From: a virus
Reading direction: 5' to 3' (one strand)
DNA: 64,000 nucleotides
UHGV virus genome: UHGV-0214148
Made by a program: the position numbers and the translations under genes. Positions 49,809 to 58,099 of the stretch are shown piece by piece (positions within the stretch are counted from its first letter, which is position 1; every line of letters begins with the position of its first letter). Below the pieces are notes generated by a model. The model ran no database searches, had not been told where the DNA came from, and saw only the letters and a list, made by a program, of their open reading frames with translations.

Positions 49809-50207
49809 ATGGCAATTGGATTACCTGCGCTACAAGCGCGGCTAAATAACATTGACAACACTGCATTGAAGAATACGGGTGCAGTGCAAAACTATATTCG
49901 TGGGAAAGCGACGAACAACGCAGACTTATTCGGTGGACAAGCTCGCAACCATTACGACTGTGGTGGGAGCTGTAGCTGGACCTGTTCGAGCTGTTCTGGT
50001 GGTTGTACAGGGAACGCATCAGGCGGCTGTGGTTCTTCGTGTTCTGCAAACTGTGTATCAGGTTGCAGCGCAGGCTGTAGCGGATGTTCGAATACATGTT
50101 CTGGTGGCTGCTCAGGAAGCTGTACGGGGAGTTGTTCTAACTCGTGTGTGGGAAACTGTTCTTCAGGCTGTTCGGGCAGTTGTTCTGGTGGGTGTTCTGG
50201 GAGGTAA
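49809..50207 (+). CDS. Cys-rich precursor-like peptide B (paralog of A)
   Basis: 132 aa; leader ends ...NHYD; core begins CGGSCSWTCS and carries ~20 Cys in CxxxC spacing. SD AAGAGGTG upstream. Confidence 0.65.
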   Translation: MAIGLPALQARLNNIDNTALKNTGAVQNYIRGKATNNADLFGGQARNHYDCGGSCSWTCSSCSGGCTGNASGGCGSSCSANCVSGCSAGCSGCSNTCSGGCSGSCTGSCSNSCVGNCSSGCSGSCSGGCSGR

Positions 50208-50209
50208 TT

Positions 50210-50416
50210 GTGATTAGCCTTAAGAACCTTCGTGATCGATTAGTAACAGCGGAAGGGTATATTACGACCGCTAACGCAAACAACTATATTGCAAACCAGG
50301 GCACCGTGTCTTCAACCAATAACCTTGCCGGTTTACCTTTAAGCCATTATAACTGTAACGGCGGATGTAGCTGGTCGTGTAGCGGTAGCTGTAGTAAAGG
50401 TGCGGGGGGAAGGTAA
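50210..50416 (+). CDS. Cys-rich precursor-like peptide C (short-core paralog)
   Basis: GTG start 2 bp after the peptide B stop, with GGGAGG inside the end of gene B as SD. 68 aa: leader VISLKNLRDRLV...SHYN, then core CNGGCSWSCSGSCSKGAGGR. Confidence 0.55.
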   Translation: MISLKNLRDRLVTAEGYITTANANNYIANQGTVSSTNNLAGLPLSHYNCNGGCSWSCSGSCSKGAGGR

Positions 50417-50565
50417 CTAAGCCCTCCAGTGGTAGTATGTCTATTACGCAATAACCGAGTTAATCGTACGGGTTTACTGCTGAGTTTCAAGTTACCGGTA
50501 GGCAATGGCGCGGTGGGTTCTATACCCTGAATGTCCGTTTGACCGTGAAATAATTGGAGCAATCA

Positions 50566-51453
50566 ATGAAGAATGATTTACATTTAGCGTACAAAACAAT
50601 TTTCAATCATCCACTTCACATTTCTTCCCCTGATTCCGTACGTGCACACTTAGCAGATGAAGTTCGTCTGCTGACTCAGTTGCCGGGCGAATGGCCTAAA
50701 GTGCGCGGACGTTTCTTTACCGATCGTAAAAACTATCGTGTAGAAAATACGTTTAAGATTCGTGATCTGACGGCAGAAAGTGTGGTGGTCTTTACCGGTG
50801 ACTCCGAGTTGCGTGGTAAACTGGTTGCGGGTAAATATTTCTTTAGTGACGGGATTTTGAATAACTCCGTAGATATGGAATTGTTCTTTACCCCATTTGA
50901 AGAAATGGGCGCAAAACCGGTTGCCCGTCGTTGGTGGTCACCGGATTACTTAGGCTCGTTCCCGTATTTCTTTACCCTGGTAACACCAGAAACGAAGAAC
51001 TATTTCGATACGGAATCGTATATCGAAATTGAAGGGTACGAAGCGTTAGGGATTAATTGCTTAGCGGATTTAATGGCGTATAGCTATAAGTTCGTGTGGG
51101 ATCGTGAACGTTCCGTGTGGGTTGCCCTGACAGATGAACACGAAATCACAAAACGCATCCGTAAGCCTTGGATGCAGCATTTGATTCAAACACGTGTTGG
51201 CGAGCATCCGTCAACAGAAGCGGATCTGGCAAAACTCGTTAGTTTCTTAATGACGAAAGTCACGTTAACTAACGAAGAGAAAGCAGCAGTGTCGGCGGTG
51301 TTGGACCGTAACGTAACGTTGGCGGATTTAGAACGTTTAAATGTCCGTTATAAAGACCTTAACCGTATTTTGGAAGCGTATAACTCTCCATTCTTGTTAA
51401 CCCCTGGTGCTAACGTAGACGACGATCCTTTGTTCGCCATTGATTATATTTAA
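50566..51453 (+). CDS. hypothetical protein in peptide/radical-SAM operon (accessory candidate)
   Basis: ~295-aa ORF between the peptide genes and the radical-SAM genes; SD TGGAG; no motif recognised. Confidence 0.55.
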   Translation: MKNDLHLAYKTIFNHPLHISSPDSVRAHLADEVRLLTQLPGEWPKVRGRFFTDRKNYRVENTFKIRDLTAESVVVFTGDSELRGKLVAGKYFFSDGILNNSVDMELFFTPFEEMGAKPVARRWWSPDYLGSFPYFFTLVTPETKNYFDTESYIEIEGYEALGINCLADLMAYSYKFVWDRERSVWVALTDEHEITKRIRKPWMQHLIQTRVGEHPSTEADLAKLVSFLMTKVTLTNEEKAAVSAVLDRNVTLADLERLNVRYKDLNRILEAYNSPFLLTPGANVDDDPLFAIDYI

Positions 51454-51474
51454 AAACGACCGGAGTCACCTGCA

Positions 51475-52398
51475 ATGACAACCAATGCAGAACCAAGGTT
51501 ATCGAATCGTTTATACGATAAACCCACCGTATTGTCCGTAGTCGCTACGTCCAAGTGCAACCTGGATTGTAGCTTCTGCGGTGGAGCCTATTACATGAAT
51601 CGTGAAGATTCTCCGCGAGAGTTTCAACGTGAGCGAATTTTGGAAGCGCTGGAAGCTAATCCAACCATTACCGAAATTCAGTGGACGGGTGGTGAGCCAT
51701 TACTGGCAACCCGTAAAATTGAGGCGTTTGTTGACGAATTAAAAGTGATTCGTCCAGAACTCAAACACCAGTTGTATACCAATGGCTTAAAGATGCGTAA
51801 ATCGCATCTCCCGTTGCTAAAACAGTTTGACAATGTCTACGTTAGCATCGATGGGTTTAAGTCGTCTGAGCGCCCGTTTATGCGCTTTATTGACGAAGGC
51901 TGTTACGAAGCACTGGAAACGATCTACGAGCTGGATAATGTCCAGACTTGGGGTGTCCTGACACGGGACCGTTTAGGGGACAAACGCTGGCACGAAGATA
52001 TTATTCAGCTGCACAGCGCGATTTACCATTACGGTTTCCGTGCAATGACGTTACTCTTAGATGCGAAAATGCCAAAACCTTTATCGCCCGACCACGTCAT
52101 GAACTTTATTTACGGCTACTATCAGGTTCAGGATAACATTGAACGACTGAATGTAGTAAATAGTCGTGAATGCGGCTTTACGGTAAGTAAAGTGTTTGAA
52201 GAAGGGTGTAACGTTTGCAGCGAAAGTCTTTGGATTAATGCAGACGGTGGTGAGCACCAACTCCAGAATGCACCTAACGTTCTGGAATCGGGATGTAACC
52301 AACTGGCCTTCTCTATCGGTGTAGAGGCGTACGAATATATTCGTCGCGTAGTGATGGCAGGGCGTAATAGAGGGGCGGCAAATGAGTCAAGTAAATGA
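51475..52398 (+). CDS. radical SAM enzyme with C-terminal Cys cluster (SPASM/twitch-like)
   Basis: CNLDCSFC at residues 28-35 (CxxxCxxC), GGEPLL glycine-rich motif, and C-terminal cysteines CGF...EGCNVCSES...SGCNQ. Confidence 0.75.
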   Translation: MTTNAEPRLSNRLYDKPTVLSVVATSKCNLDCSFCGGAYYMNREDSPREFQRERILEALEANPTITEIQWTGGEPLLATRKIEAFVDELKVIRPELKHQLYTNGLKMRKSHLPLLKQFDNVYVSIDGFKSSERPFMRFIDEGCYEALETIYELDNVQTWGVLTRDRLGDKRWHEDIIQLHSAIYHYGFRAMTLLLDAKMPKPLSPDHVMNFIYGYYQVQDNIERLNVVNSRECGFTVSKVFEEGCNVCSESLWINADGGEHQLQNAPNVLESGCNQLAFSIGVEAYEYIRRVVMAGRNRGAANESSK

Positions 52399-53704
52399 AT
52401 TCCCTAAGCAGTTAACGTATCAGATCGTAACCAACCTTTCGTGTAACCTGGACTGCGAATATTGTTACGAACGTAAGTACCCGCGTAACAACAAAGCGGC
52501 GGATATTGTTGATTTCTTACACGCCTGTTTTGAACGTGATAAAAACGAACCGAATGTTGAAGTTATTATCGACATTATCGGTGGTGAGCCGTTCATGCAG
52601 CCTAAACTGCTGCTGGCTGCGTTTGAAACCGCTGAGCAGTTGTGTAAAGAACACAACCGACCGTTTATGTTTAGTATCTCCACGAACGGAACGCTGTTAG
52701 ATCGTCCGTTGAACCGTGAGATTGTAGAACGTTGGAAAGACAAACTTTCGGTTGGGGTTTCGATTGACGGCTTACCTGAGTCCCATGACCGTTATCGTAT
52801 CTTCACAACAACACGCCAGGGTTCTTACGAAGCCGCAGTACGTGGCTATAACTACTTAAAAGAGGTTGGCATTGCAGAGCTCGGCGTAAAAGCAACCTTT
52901 ACGTTAGAAACGCTGCCGTTCTATGCTGCGGGGATGAAGTCATTAATTGACATTACTGGCGGTGGGACAATTTCTGGAAACGTAACTTTCGAAGACGTTA
53001 TGCCACGTAGCATGGCGACGTCAATCGCTTTACAGATGATGGATGTGATAGATTACTGGGTTGAGAAAGGATTACACACCAACCCACGTAATATCTTATC
53101 GCACATCATTCCAGAAGGGTTGGATTTCGATACGATTTGGGAACCGAACTGGCGTGACCAGTTACTGTATAATGACACCGTACGGTTGAACCCAGAACGT
53201 TTACGTCCGTTCTGTGGGACGTTAACGCACATGACGTGCTTAGGGTTTGACCGTAAGATCTTTGGCTGTAACCGCTTTATGTCAACGGTAACGTCGCGTT
53301 CTGCGGTGTTTGAGTTGGTAGGTCGGGAATTCGTCAGTCTGGACAACGGTAAATTGTTAGAAGAGATTCAAACGCAATATACCAACTACCCAGAGACCTG
53401 TTTAGGTTGTCCGATGAAACACGCTTGTGGTAGCTGCGCGGCTGCTTCTTACGAGAACGGGGAAGGAACGTTAGAAGACCGTAAAGCGTATCACGCTGAA
53501 CGACGTCAGTGCGGCTGGACGACAGCGAAACTGATGGTGGCGGAATACTGGAAACAGAAGATGGGTACGACGTCAGCAAAAGCGTTCCATGACACGAGCA
53601 TGTGTTATTGCCCACGCTGTGTTCGTGAACGTGCCCAAAAGGAAAAATTATTAAGAGAAGCCAAAGATGAAACCAATTCTGATCAACAATATTACGAAGC
53701 GTAG
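52382..53704 (+). CDS. radical SAM / SPASM-domain enzyme (peptide-maturase-like)
   Basis: CNLDCEYC at residues 21-28, GGEPF, and a C-terminal canonical SPASM pattern CLGCPMKHACGSC (CxxCx5CxxxC) plus further Cys pairs. Overlaps the preceding radical-SAM gene by 17 bp. Confidence 0.8.
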   Translation: MSQVNEFPKQLTYQIVTNLSCNLDCEYCYERKYPRNNKAADIVDFLHACFERDKNEPNVEVIIDIIGGEPFMQPKLLLAAFETAEQLCKEHNRPFMFSISTNGTLLDRPLNREIVERWKDKLSVGVSIDGLPESHDRYRIFTTTRQGSYEAAVRGYNYLKEVGIAELGVKATFTLETLPFYAAGMKSLIDITGGGTISGNVTFEDVMPRSMATSIALQMMDVIDYWVEKGLHTNPRNILSHIIPEGLDFDTIWEPNWRDQLLYNDTVRLNPERLRPFCGTLTHMTCLGFDRKIFGCNRFMSTVTSRSAVFELVGREFVSLDNGKLLEEIQTQYTNYPETCLGCPMKHACGSCAAASYENGEGTLEDRKAYHAERRQCGWTTAKLMVAEYWKQKMGTTSAKAFHDTSMCYCPRCVRERAQKEKLLREAKDETNSDQQYYEA

Positions 53705-54239
53705 AATTCGACTTCTGGATAAGTTTCTGGAAAACAGTAAGCTATTCGGTTGTTATGTGGTGATTAACGGTGAAGATTTTACCGATGACGTAAAACGCTT
53801 ACTGATTCGTCACGGCGTGACTGTAATCATCCCAATGTACTGCACCGAACTTACTGACCTGTCGGTCGCGGAAATTGAAAAACGTAACCCAGGGTTTGAA
53901 GAACGGGTATTGGATTTCCCACGTCACAAAATTGCGTTTCTACGCCGCTCTTTAAGCGAACCCAGCGCAGAATCTATCACTGTGTTGGCATTGTCCTTCC
54001 CCGGCATTACTATCTTCGCAACACGTAACCCGAACTCACCGATTGATGGGTTTTACGATGAGCGGGAGAAATTTAATAGCGTGATTTTTCCTGAGCTAAC
54101 GCCAGAAGAATGCCAGGGTATCCGTATCGATTGGGAATCTGACTTCGACACAAGATTCCGTCATATCGATTTTGAACTGTTAATCGAATTAGGGTTGATT
54201 AAAGGAGACGATGAATGTCTGCTACTGGTGAAGGCTTAA
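53667..54239 (+). CDS. hypothetical protein (operon member)
   Basis: 190-aa ORF overlapping the radical-SAM gene end by 38 bp. Confidence 0.5.
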   Translation: MKPILINNITKRRIRLLDKFLENSKLFGCYVVINGEDFTDDVKRLLIRHGVTVIIPMYCTELTDLSVAEIEKRNPGFEERVLDFPRHKIAFLRRSLSEPSAESITVLALSFPGITIFATRNPNSPIDGFYDEREKFNSVIFPELTPEECQGIRIDWESDFDTRFRHIDFELLIELGLIKGDDECLLLVKA

Positions 54240-54886
54240 CGAAAGAAGAAATCCGTCGCCGTTATTTTGCGCACGATTTACCGATCGACCGTCATGGTAA
54301 CTACATGGAGAAAATCGGTAGCGAAGATCACGGCCGTACAGGGTTTTGTGCGTTACTGCACTATAAGCTGATTGATGGGATGTCTGATCGCGAAGCATTG
54401 GAACAAATGCGTAACTACGACATGTCTGAAATCGAAGCACGGTTTACGCTACAGAAAGCGAAAGACTTTGTTAACGACACGTTGGGGATTGACCTGGAAG
54501 AAATTCGTGCAGGTTTACGTTCCACGGTGCGGTACATCTTTACCGATGTTCAGAAAATTCTAAGCGCTTTGGAATTCCGTTATCAGGATGCACGCTATGC
54601 TGAGATTCAGGTAGGTGATTTCACTTTCCAGGCAGATGAGAAGTCACAGGTAGCACTGAGTCGTTATATCCAGTCAGAAACTGCGCCAGCGTATTGGTTA
54701 ACGGCTAACAACACCCGTATCGAACCGTTTACGTTAGAACAGTGCAAGACGTTGCTGGCAGCAATCGTTGAGCGTGATCAAAGACTACACCACGCAATGT
54801 CTGAGCAGAAAAGAGAAGTCAGGGCTTGGGCTGAAGCACGTGATTACGATTCGATAAAAGCGTTTGCGTTAGAGCAAGGGCTGTAA
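54215..54886 (+). CDS. hypothetical protein (operon member)
   Basis: 223-aa ORF; SD GGAG 7 nt upstream; overlaps the previous ORF by 25 bp. Confidence 0.5.
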   Translation: MSATGEGLTKEEIRRRYFAHDLPIDRHGNYMEKIGSEDHGRTGFCALLHYKLIDGMSDREALEQMRNYDMSEIEARFTLQKAKDFVNDTLGIDLEEIRAGLRSTVRYIFTDVQKILSALEFRYQDARYAEIQVGDFTFQADEKSQVALSRYIQSETAPAYWLTANNTRIEPFTLEQCKTLLAAIVERDQRLHHAMSEQKREVRAWAEARDYDSIKAFALEQGL

Positions 54887-54894
54887 TCGACAGC

Positions 54895-54955
54895 GAAAAA
54901 AAAAAACAGTATACCTACCTCCCGTAATAGGAGGTAGGTATTTTTATTTTTTCTT
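54895..54955. terminator. bidirectional rho-independent terminator
   Basis: A-run, hairpin ATACCTACCTCC-CGTAAT-AGGAGGTAGGTAT (54911-54941), then TTTTTATTTTTT; between convergent genes. Confidence 0.75.
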
Positions 54956-55484
54956 AGGACGTAAAACCGTCCAGCTCACCGTTGGTGGTGGCCAGGTCAA
55001 TACGATTATCAACAACCTTCGGCGTAATTACGAAAGTTGCCATTACACCTGGCTTATAACGGAGGTTCTTTTCAGTAACGGTACACGTTACCGTACGCAG
55101 AGTGACGCTATCGTGTTCGTCTTTCTGGTCTTCGGTGGTGTACTCAACGTCACCAGGTGCGATAGAGTCGTCAGGTTTTACTTTATTGATGTAAAACTGT
55201 AATCGGTCGCGTAGTTCGTTTTCTCCAGTCCAGAGAGCCAAATCGTCCGTTACCTCAATGCGTCCGACAACGCCAGGTTCCAGACGATCGTAATGCAGTT
55301 CGATTGCGCCTTTAAAATTTTCAGACTCTGTACGTGCGGTCATGGTAACTTTGGTATTTTTATCGCCCTTTTCAAGAGCGACAGGTTGACCAAAAGTTAC
55401 CTCTTTATCAGTGACCTGATGCGGTAGCTCTGTGTTAGCAGCATTATAAAGCGCAACTAACATCATCTGGTTAGTAGCTGCCAT
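54954..55484 (-). CDS. hypothetical protein, paralog of 55552-56083 (conserved C-terminal GELDGFT)
   Basis: 176 aa; shares KITLTAKAES-NFKG and the C-terminal LDGFT motif with its neighbour. Confidence 0.5.
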   Translation of the reverse strand: MAATNQMMLVALYNAANTELPHQVTDKEVTFGQPVALEKGDKNTKVTMTARTESENFKGAIELHYDRLEPGVVGRIEVTDDLALWTGENELRDRLQFYINKVKPDDSIAPGDVEYTTEDQKDEHDSVTLRTVTCTVTEKNLRYKPGVMATFVITPKVVDNRIDLATTNGELDGFTS

Positions 55485-55551
55485 TATCTTAAATCCTTAA
55501 AATGAAAGTTAAAGAAATATCGGGGGAGGTTACCACCCCCCCCCGAATCAA

Positions 55552-56083
55552 TTACTCTTTAGGCGCTGGTGCGGTGAAGCCATCCAGTTCACCTTCCAAA
55601 CCGTTCAGTGCTACTTTCTCAATAGCTGGAGGGGTAACTTTATACGTCGCAACAGTACCTGGCAGGAACTTCAAGTGGCCAGCCACAACCGTTACCACGT
55701 AAATGGTTTTGCCTTCTTCTTCACGAGAGATAGTTTGCAGGTCGTTTTCACCGAACTCGTCATCGGTGTACCCTTTCTCAGCCATGGCTGCGTTAACTTT
55801 CGCCAGGATTTTCGTCGGTGAATCGAAATCGGTAGTAGGTGCAGTTACTTCAACTTCACCAACGATGTCGCAGGAAAGACGAGTATAGTGGAATTCTTTC
55901 TCGCCTTTGAAGTTCTGGCTTTCTGCCTTGGCGGTCAGAGTAATTTTAGTGTTGCGGCCAGCTTCTCCGGTGAACTCAGCGACAGCACTAAAATTAACAT
56001 CATTTACAGTCAGCTTAGAAGCAGTTTGGTTGTTTTTAGCAATTACAATCTCGATAAGCTGCTGTTGAAAAGTTTTAGCCATT
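55552..56083 (-). CDS. hypothetical protein, paralog of 54954-55484
   Basis: Start placed at the ATG preceded by GAGGTAAAAACA; ~177 aa; C-terminal GELDGFT. Confidence 0.5.
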
Positions 56084-56222
56084 GTTTTTACCTCGTAAGT
56101 AGTATGGGTGGTTTGCATAGTATTGTTCGGATTATAGAAGTGTTGTTAATAGTTATGACAGACAGCAGTAAGGGTTGTCTGTAAAATTATTATTTTTTAA
56201 CTTTTTATAGAAGGGTGAAAAC

Positions 56223-56705
56223 ATGCTAAAACGTTTTCTATTTGTTGTAACTGCAGCACTTTCGTTGGCAAGCTGTGCCCTACAACCCACCGCTAACGGT
56301 CAATTCTCGACTGTACCCGTAGAGCCACACGACATGGTTATTTACACCTGTATGGGTGTAGAGCAAGATTTTGTAAATTATAAACCTGTCGTCAATTCGA
56401 CTAACCTAATGTTAGGCTCAGTAACTGTAATCGATACTGGTGCTAACTGGGTAGCCACCTGGCCAAATGGTAAGATTGAGTCACCCCAACTTTATAAAGA
56501 TCTATTAGGTAAAGTTAATGGAAATATCGATCCTATCACGGGACAACGTTACTACCGTGTAAATGGGTTACTTTCAAAAACACCAACATTTGCGTATTCT
56601 ACTTTAGAATATAAAACGGGTGATGGTAAAGGCATTACTTTCTTCCACTGTAAAGAAGGTGTAGCGTCTGACACTGGAACAATGCTCCATCCTGCGGAAC
56701 AATAA
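56223..56705 (+). CDS. putative lipoprotein
   Basis: MLKRFLFVVTAALSLASCALQP carries a lipobox-like LASC after a hydrophobic signal sequence. Confidence 0.5.
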   Translation: MLKRFLFVVTAALSLASCALQPTANGQFSTVPVEPHDMVIYTCMGVEQDFVNYKPVVNSTNLMLGSVTVIDTGANWVATWPNGKIESPQLYKDLLGKVNGNIDPITGQRYYRVNGLLSKTPTFAYSTLEYKTGDGKGITFFHCKEGVASDTGTMLHPAEQ

Positions 56706-56707
56706 AA

Positions 56708-56748
56708 ACTACCCTACTCCTTAACGGGAGTAGGGTATAGTCATTTTA
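56708..56748 (+). terminator. rho-independent terminator
   Basis: ACCCTACTCC-TTAACG-GGAGTAGGGT hairpin followed by a T-rich run. Confidence 0.65.
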
Positions 56749-56820
56749 ACCGCCAAATCGTGCGTAGAACGCATTCTAAGCGCCTTTATACAAAATAAGG
56801 TATAAACGCCTTAGAAATAA

Positions 56821-57336
56821 TTAAATCTCGACTAAGGCGCTCCAATCGATTGGTTTTTGCTTAACAACCTTCACAGTACCTCGATTTGGTGACCAGAAAG
56901 TAATGTTAGGCTGGTTACGAACGTCGATGTGTAACCAACTGATGTCACATTCAATAAAGTGAATGAACGGAAACTCGTCAGGGTTAGCAGCGATATAGTC
57001 GTGGACCTGTTTTACGGTGCTATCCAGCAACGTTGCATCAATGGCGTTACCGAATTTGTGTTGACTTCCTGAATCGGCGTAAAGCTGCAACGCACGTTGT
57101 TTATAACTACCGCCCTTAGGCTTTTCTTGATTAATAAAGAAGTCTAAGGTTCTTAGTCCGCGTTGTTGTGCAGCGGTTGAGTTAATGACCATTCTACCGA
57201 AACGATTACGAATCTGCTGTAGCGAAATCATTAACAACGGATTCATAAACCGAATTGCAGAATCGCCGTATTTGGCAATATAAGACTGTGGTACTAACTC
57301 TTTGAGTTTAAAGTTACTCGGATTTGGATGAAACAT
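56821..57336 (-). CDS. peptidase M15-like (VanY/DD-peptidase fold) protein
   Basis: SQHKFGNAIDA fits the S-x-H-x-x-G-x-A-x-D zinc-binding motif, with a later WLHID His/Asp. Confidence 0.5.
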   Translation of the reverse strand: MFHPNPSNFKLKELVPQSYIAKYGDSAIRFMNPLLMISLQQIRNRFGRMVINSTAAQQRGLRTLDFFINQEKPKGGSYKQRALQLYADSGSQHKFGNAIDATLLDSTVKQVHDYIAANPDEFPFIHFIECDISWLHIDVRNQPNITFWSPNRGTVKVVKQKPIDWSALVEI

Positions 57337-57979
57337 CTTCCCTCCCAGACAGAAAAGCCCGTTTGATGTTCAGGTATTTGACATTAACGGGACATTCTGT
57401 GGTGATATCAATACGTTCGTGGTCAGGGATTGCAGGTTCCTTAAACTCGCGAACGAATAAATAGTTTCGATTGTAATCTAACGTACGAAACGCGTTAGTG
57501 CTGTAGGATGGCTTTGCATTAGGATCTGCGTAGGCATCCCAGCCGAATTCAACAACGGCCTTATAAAATGTTTGGCAGATATAAGGCGAGATTTCCAACG
57601 ACTGCATAATACGCAGGAAAGTTAAGTCAGAGAACTCTTTATCGATGAAACGCGAAACGTTACCACCCGGTGTCATGGGATAGCTACGCTCCGTGTTGCA
57701 TTTTTGATAGAGTAAGTCGTGAATACAGGCCGCAGGTGCCCACGGTCCGTCAGGATGGAAAATTCCCTGGAGGTGTTCAGGAATTGACGCTAAATCAGTA
57801 ACGAACCCTTTCGGTGCTGTTAACCACAGTTGTGTGTCAGGCAATACACCCGTTAAATAAACCGCACGGTCTAAGTGTACGTGGTCGTGATATATCTCAC
57901 GTAACGTAAACGGATAATGGTAATCCTCCGTTAATACAAACCACTTATTGTCTAAACGTTTATATTGAAGCTTCTCCAT
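57314..57979 (-). CDS. DUF1353-like protein
   Basis: GFVTDLASIP and AACIHDLLY resemble the TDGAS-P / HD-LY signatures I recall for DUF1353. Start at the internal ATG after GGGAAGG. Confidence 0.4.
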   Translation of the reverse strand: MEKLQYKRLDNKWFVLTEDYHYPFTLREIYHDHVHLDRAVYLTGVLPDTQLWLTAPKGFVTDLASIPEHLQGIFHPDGPWAPAACIHDLLYQKCNTERSYPMTPGGNVSRFIDKEFSDLTFLRIMQSLEISPYICQTFYKAVVEFGWDAYADPNAKPSYSTNAFRTLDYNRNYLFVREFKEPAIPDHERIDITTECPVNVKYLNIKRAFLSGREDVSSKSE

Positions 57980-57994
57980 TACCCACACCTTCCC

Positions 57995-58099
57995 TTATAG
58001 AAACCAGAAAAATTCGTATCCACGCTTTTCGTCTTTACGTTTCCGCCCAGACGTTAACGCTTTCCACAATAGTGCTAAGAGTTTAGCAAACCAGTTCAT
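57995..58099 (-). CDS. small peptide (34 aa) translationally coupled to endolysin
   Basis: My own translation: MNWFAKLLALLWKALTSGRKRKDEKRGYEFFWFL. Its ATG overlaps the endolysin TGA stop (ATGA). Below the ORF-track cutoff. Confidence 0.3.
   Translation of the reverse strand: MNWFAKLLALLWKALTSGRKRKDEKRGYEFFWFL

Noticed and set aside
49879-50217. 112-aa alternative-frame ORF overlapping the Cys-rich peptide genes
   Set aside because: Out-of-frame read-through of the GC-rich Cys/Gly/Ser codon repeats; no SD, and it overlaps two better-supported genes.
49400-50416. Reading the Cys/Gly/Ser-rich proteins as metallothionein-like, keratin-associated-like or simple structural repeat proteins
   Set aside because: The conserved N-terminal leader-like region across three paralogs with very different core lengths, plus two radical SAM/SPASM genes immediately downstream, fits a modified-peptide precursor better. 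A structural role for the mature product is not excluded.
50417-50565. Possible tRNA or small RNA in the 150-bp gap after peptide C
   Set aside because: I could not fold a cloverleaf with the conserved tRNA features (T-loop GTTC, 7-nt anticodon loop flanked by proper stems); more likely an intergenic promoter or spacer.
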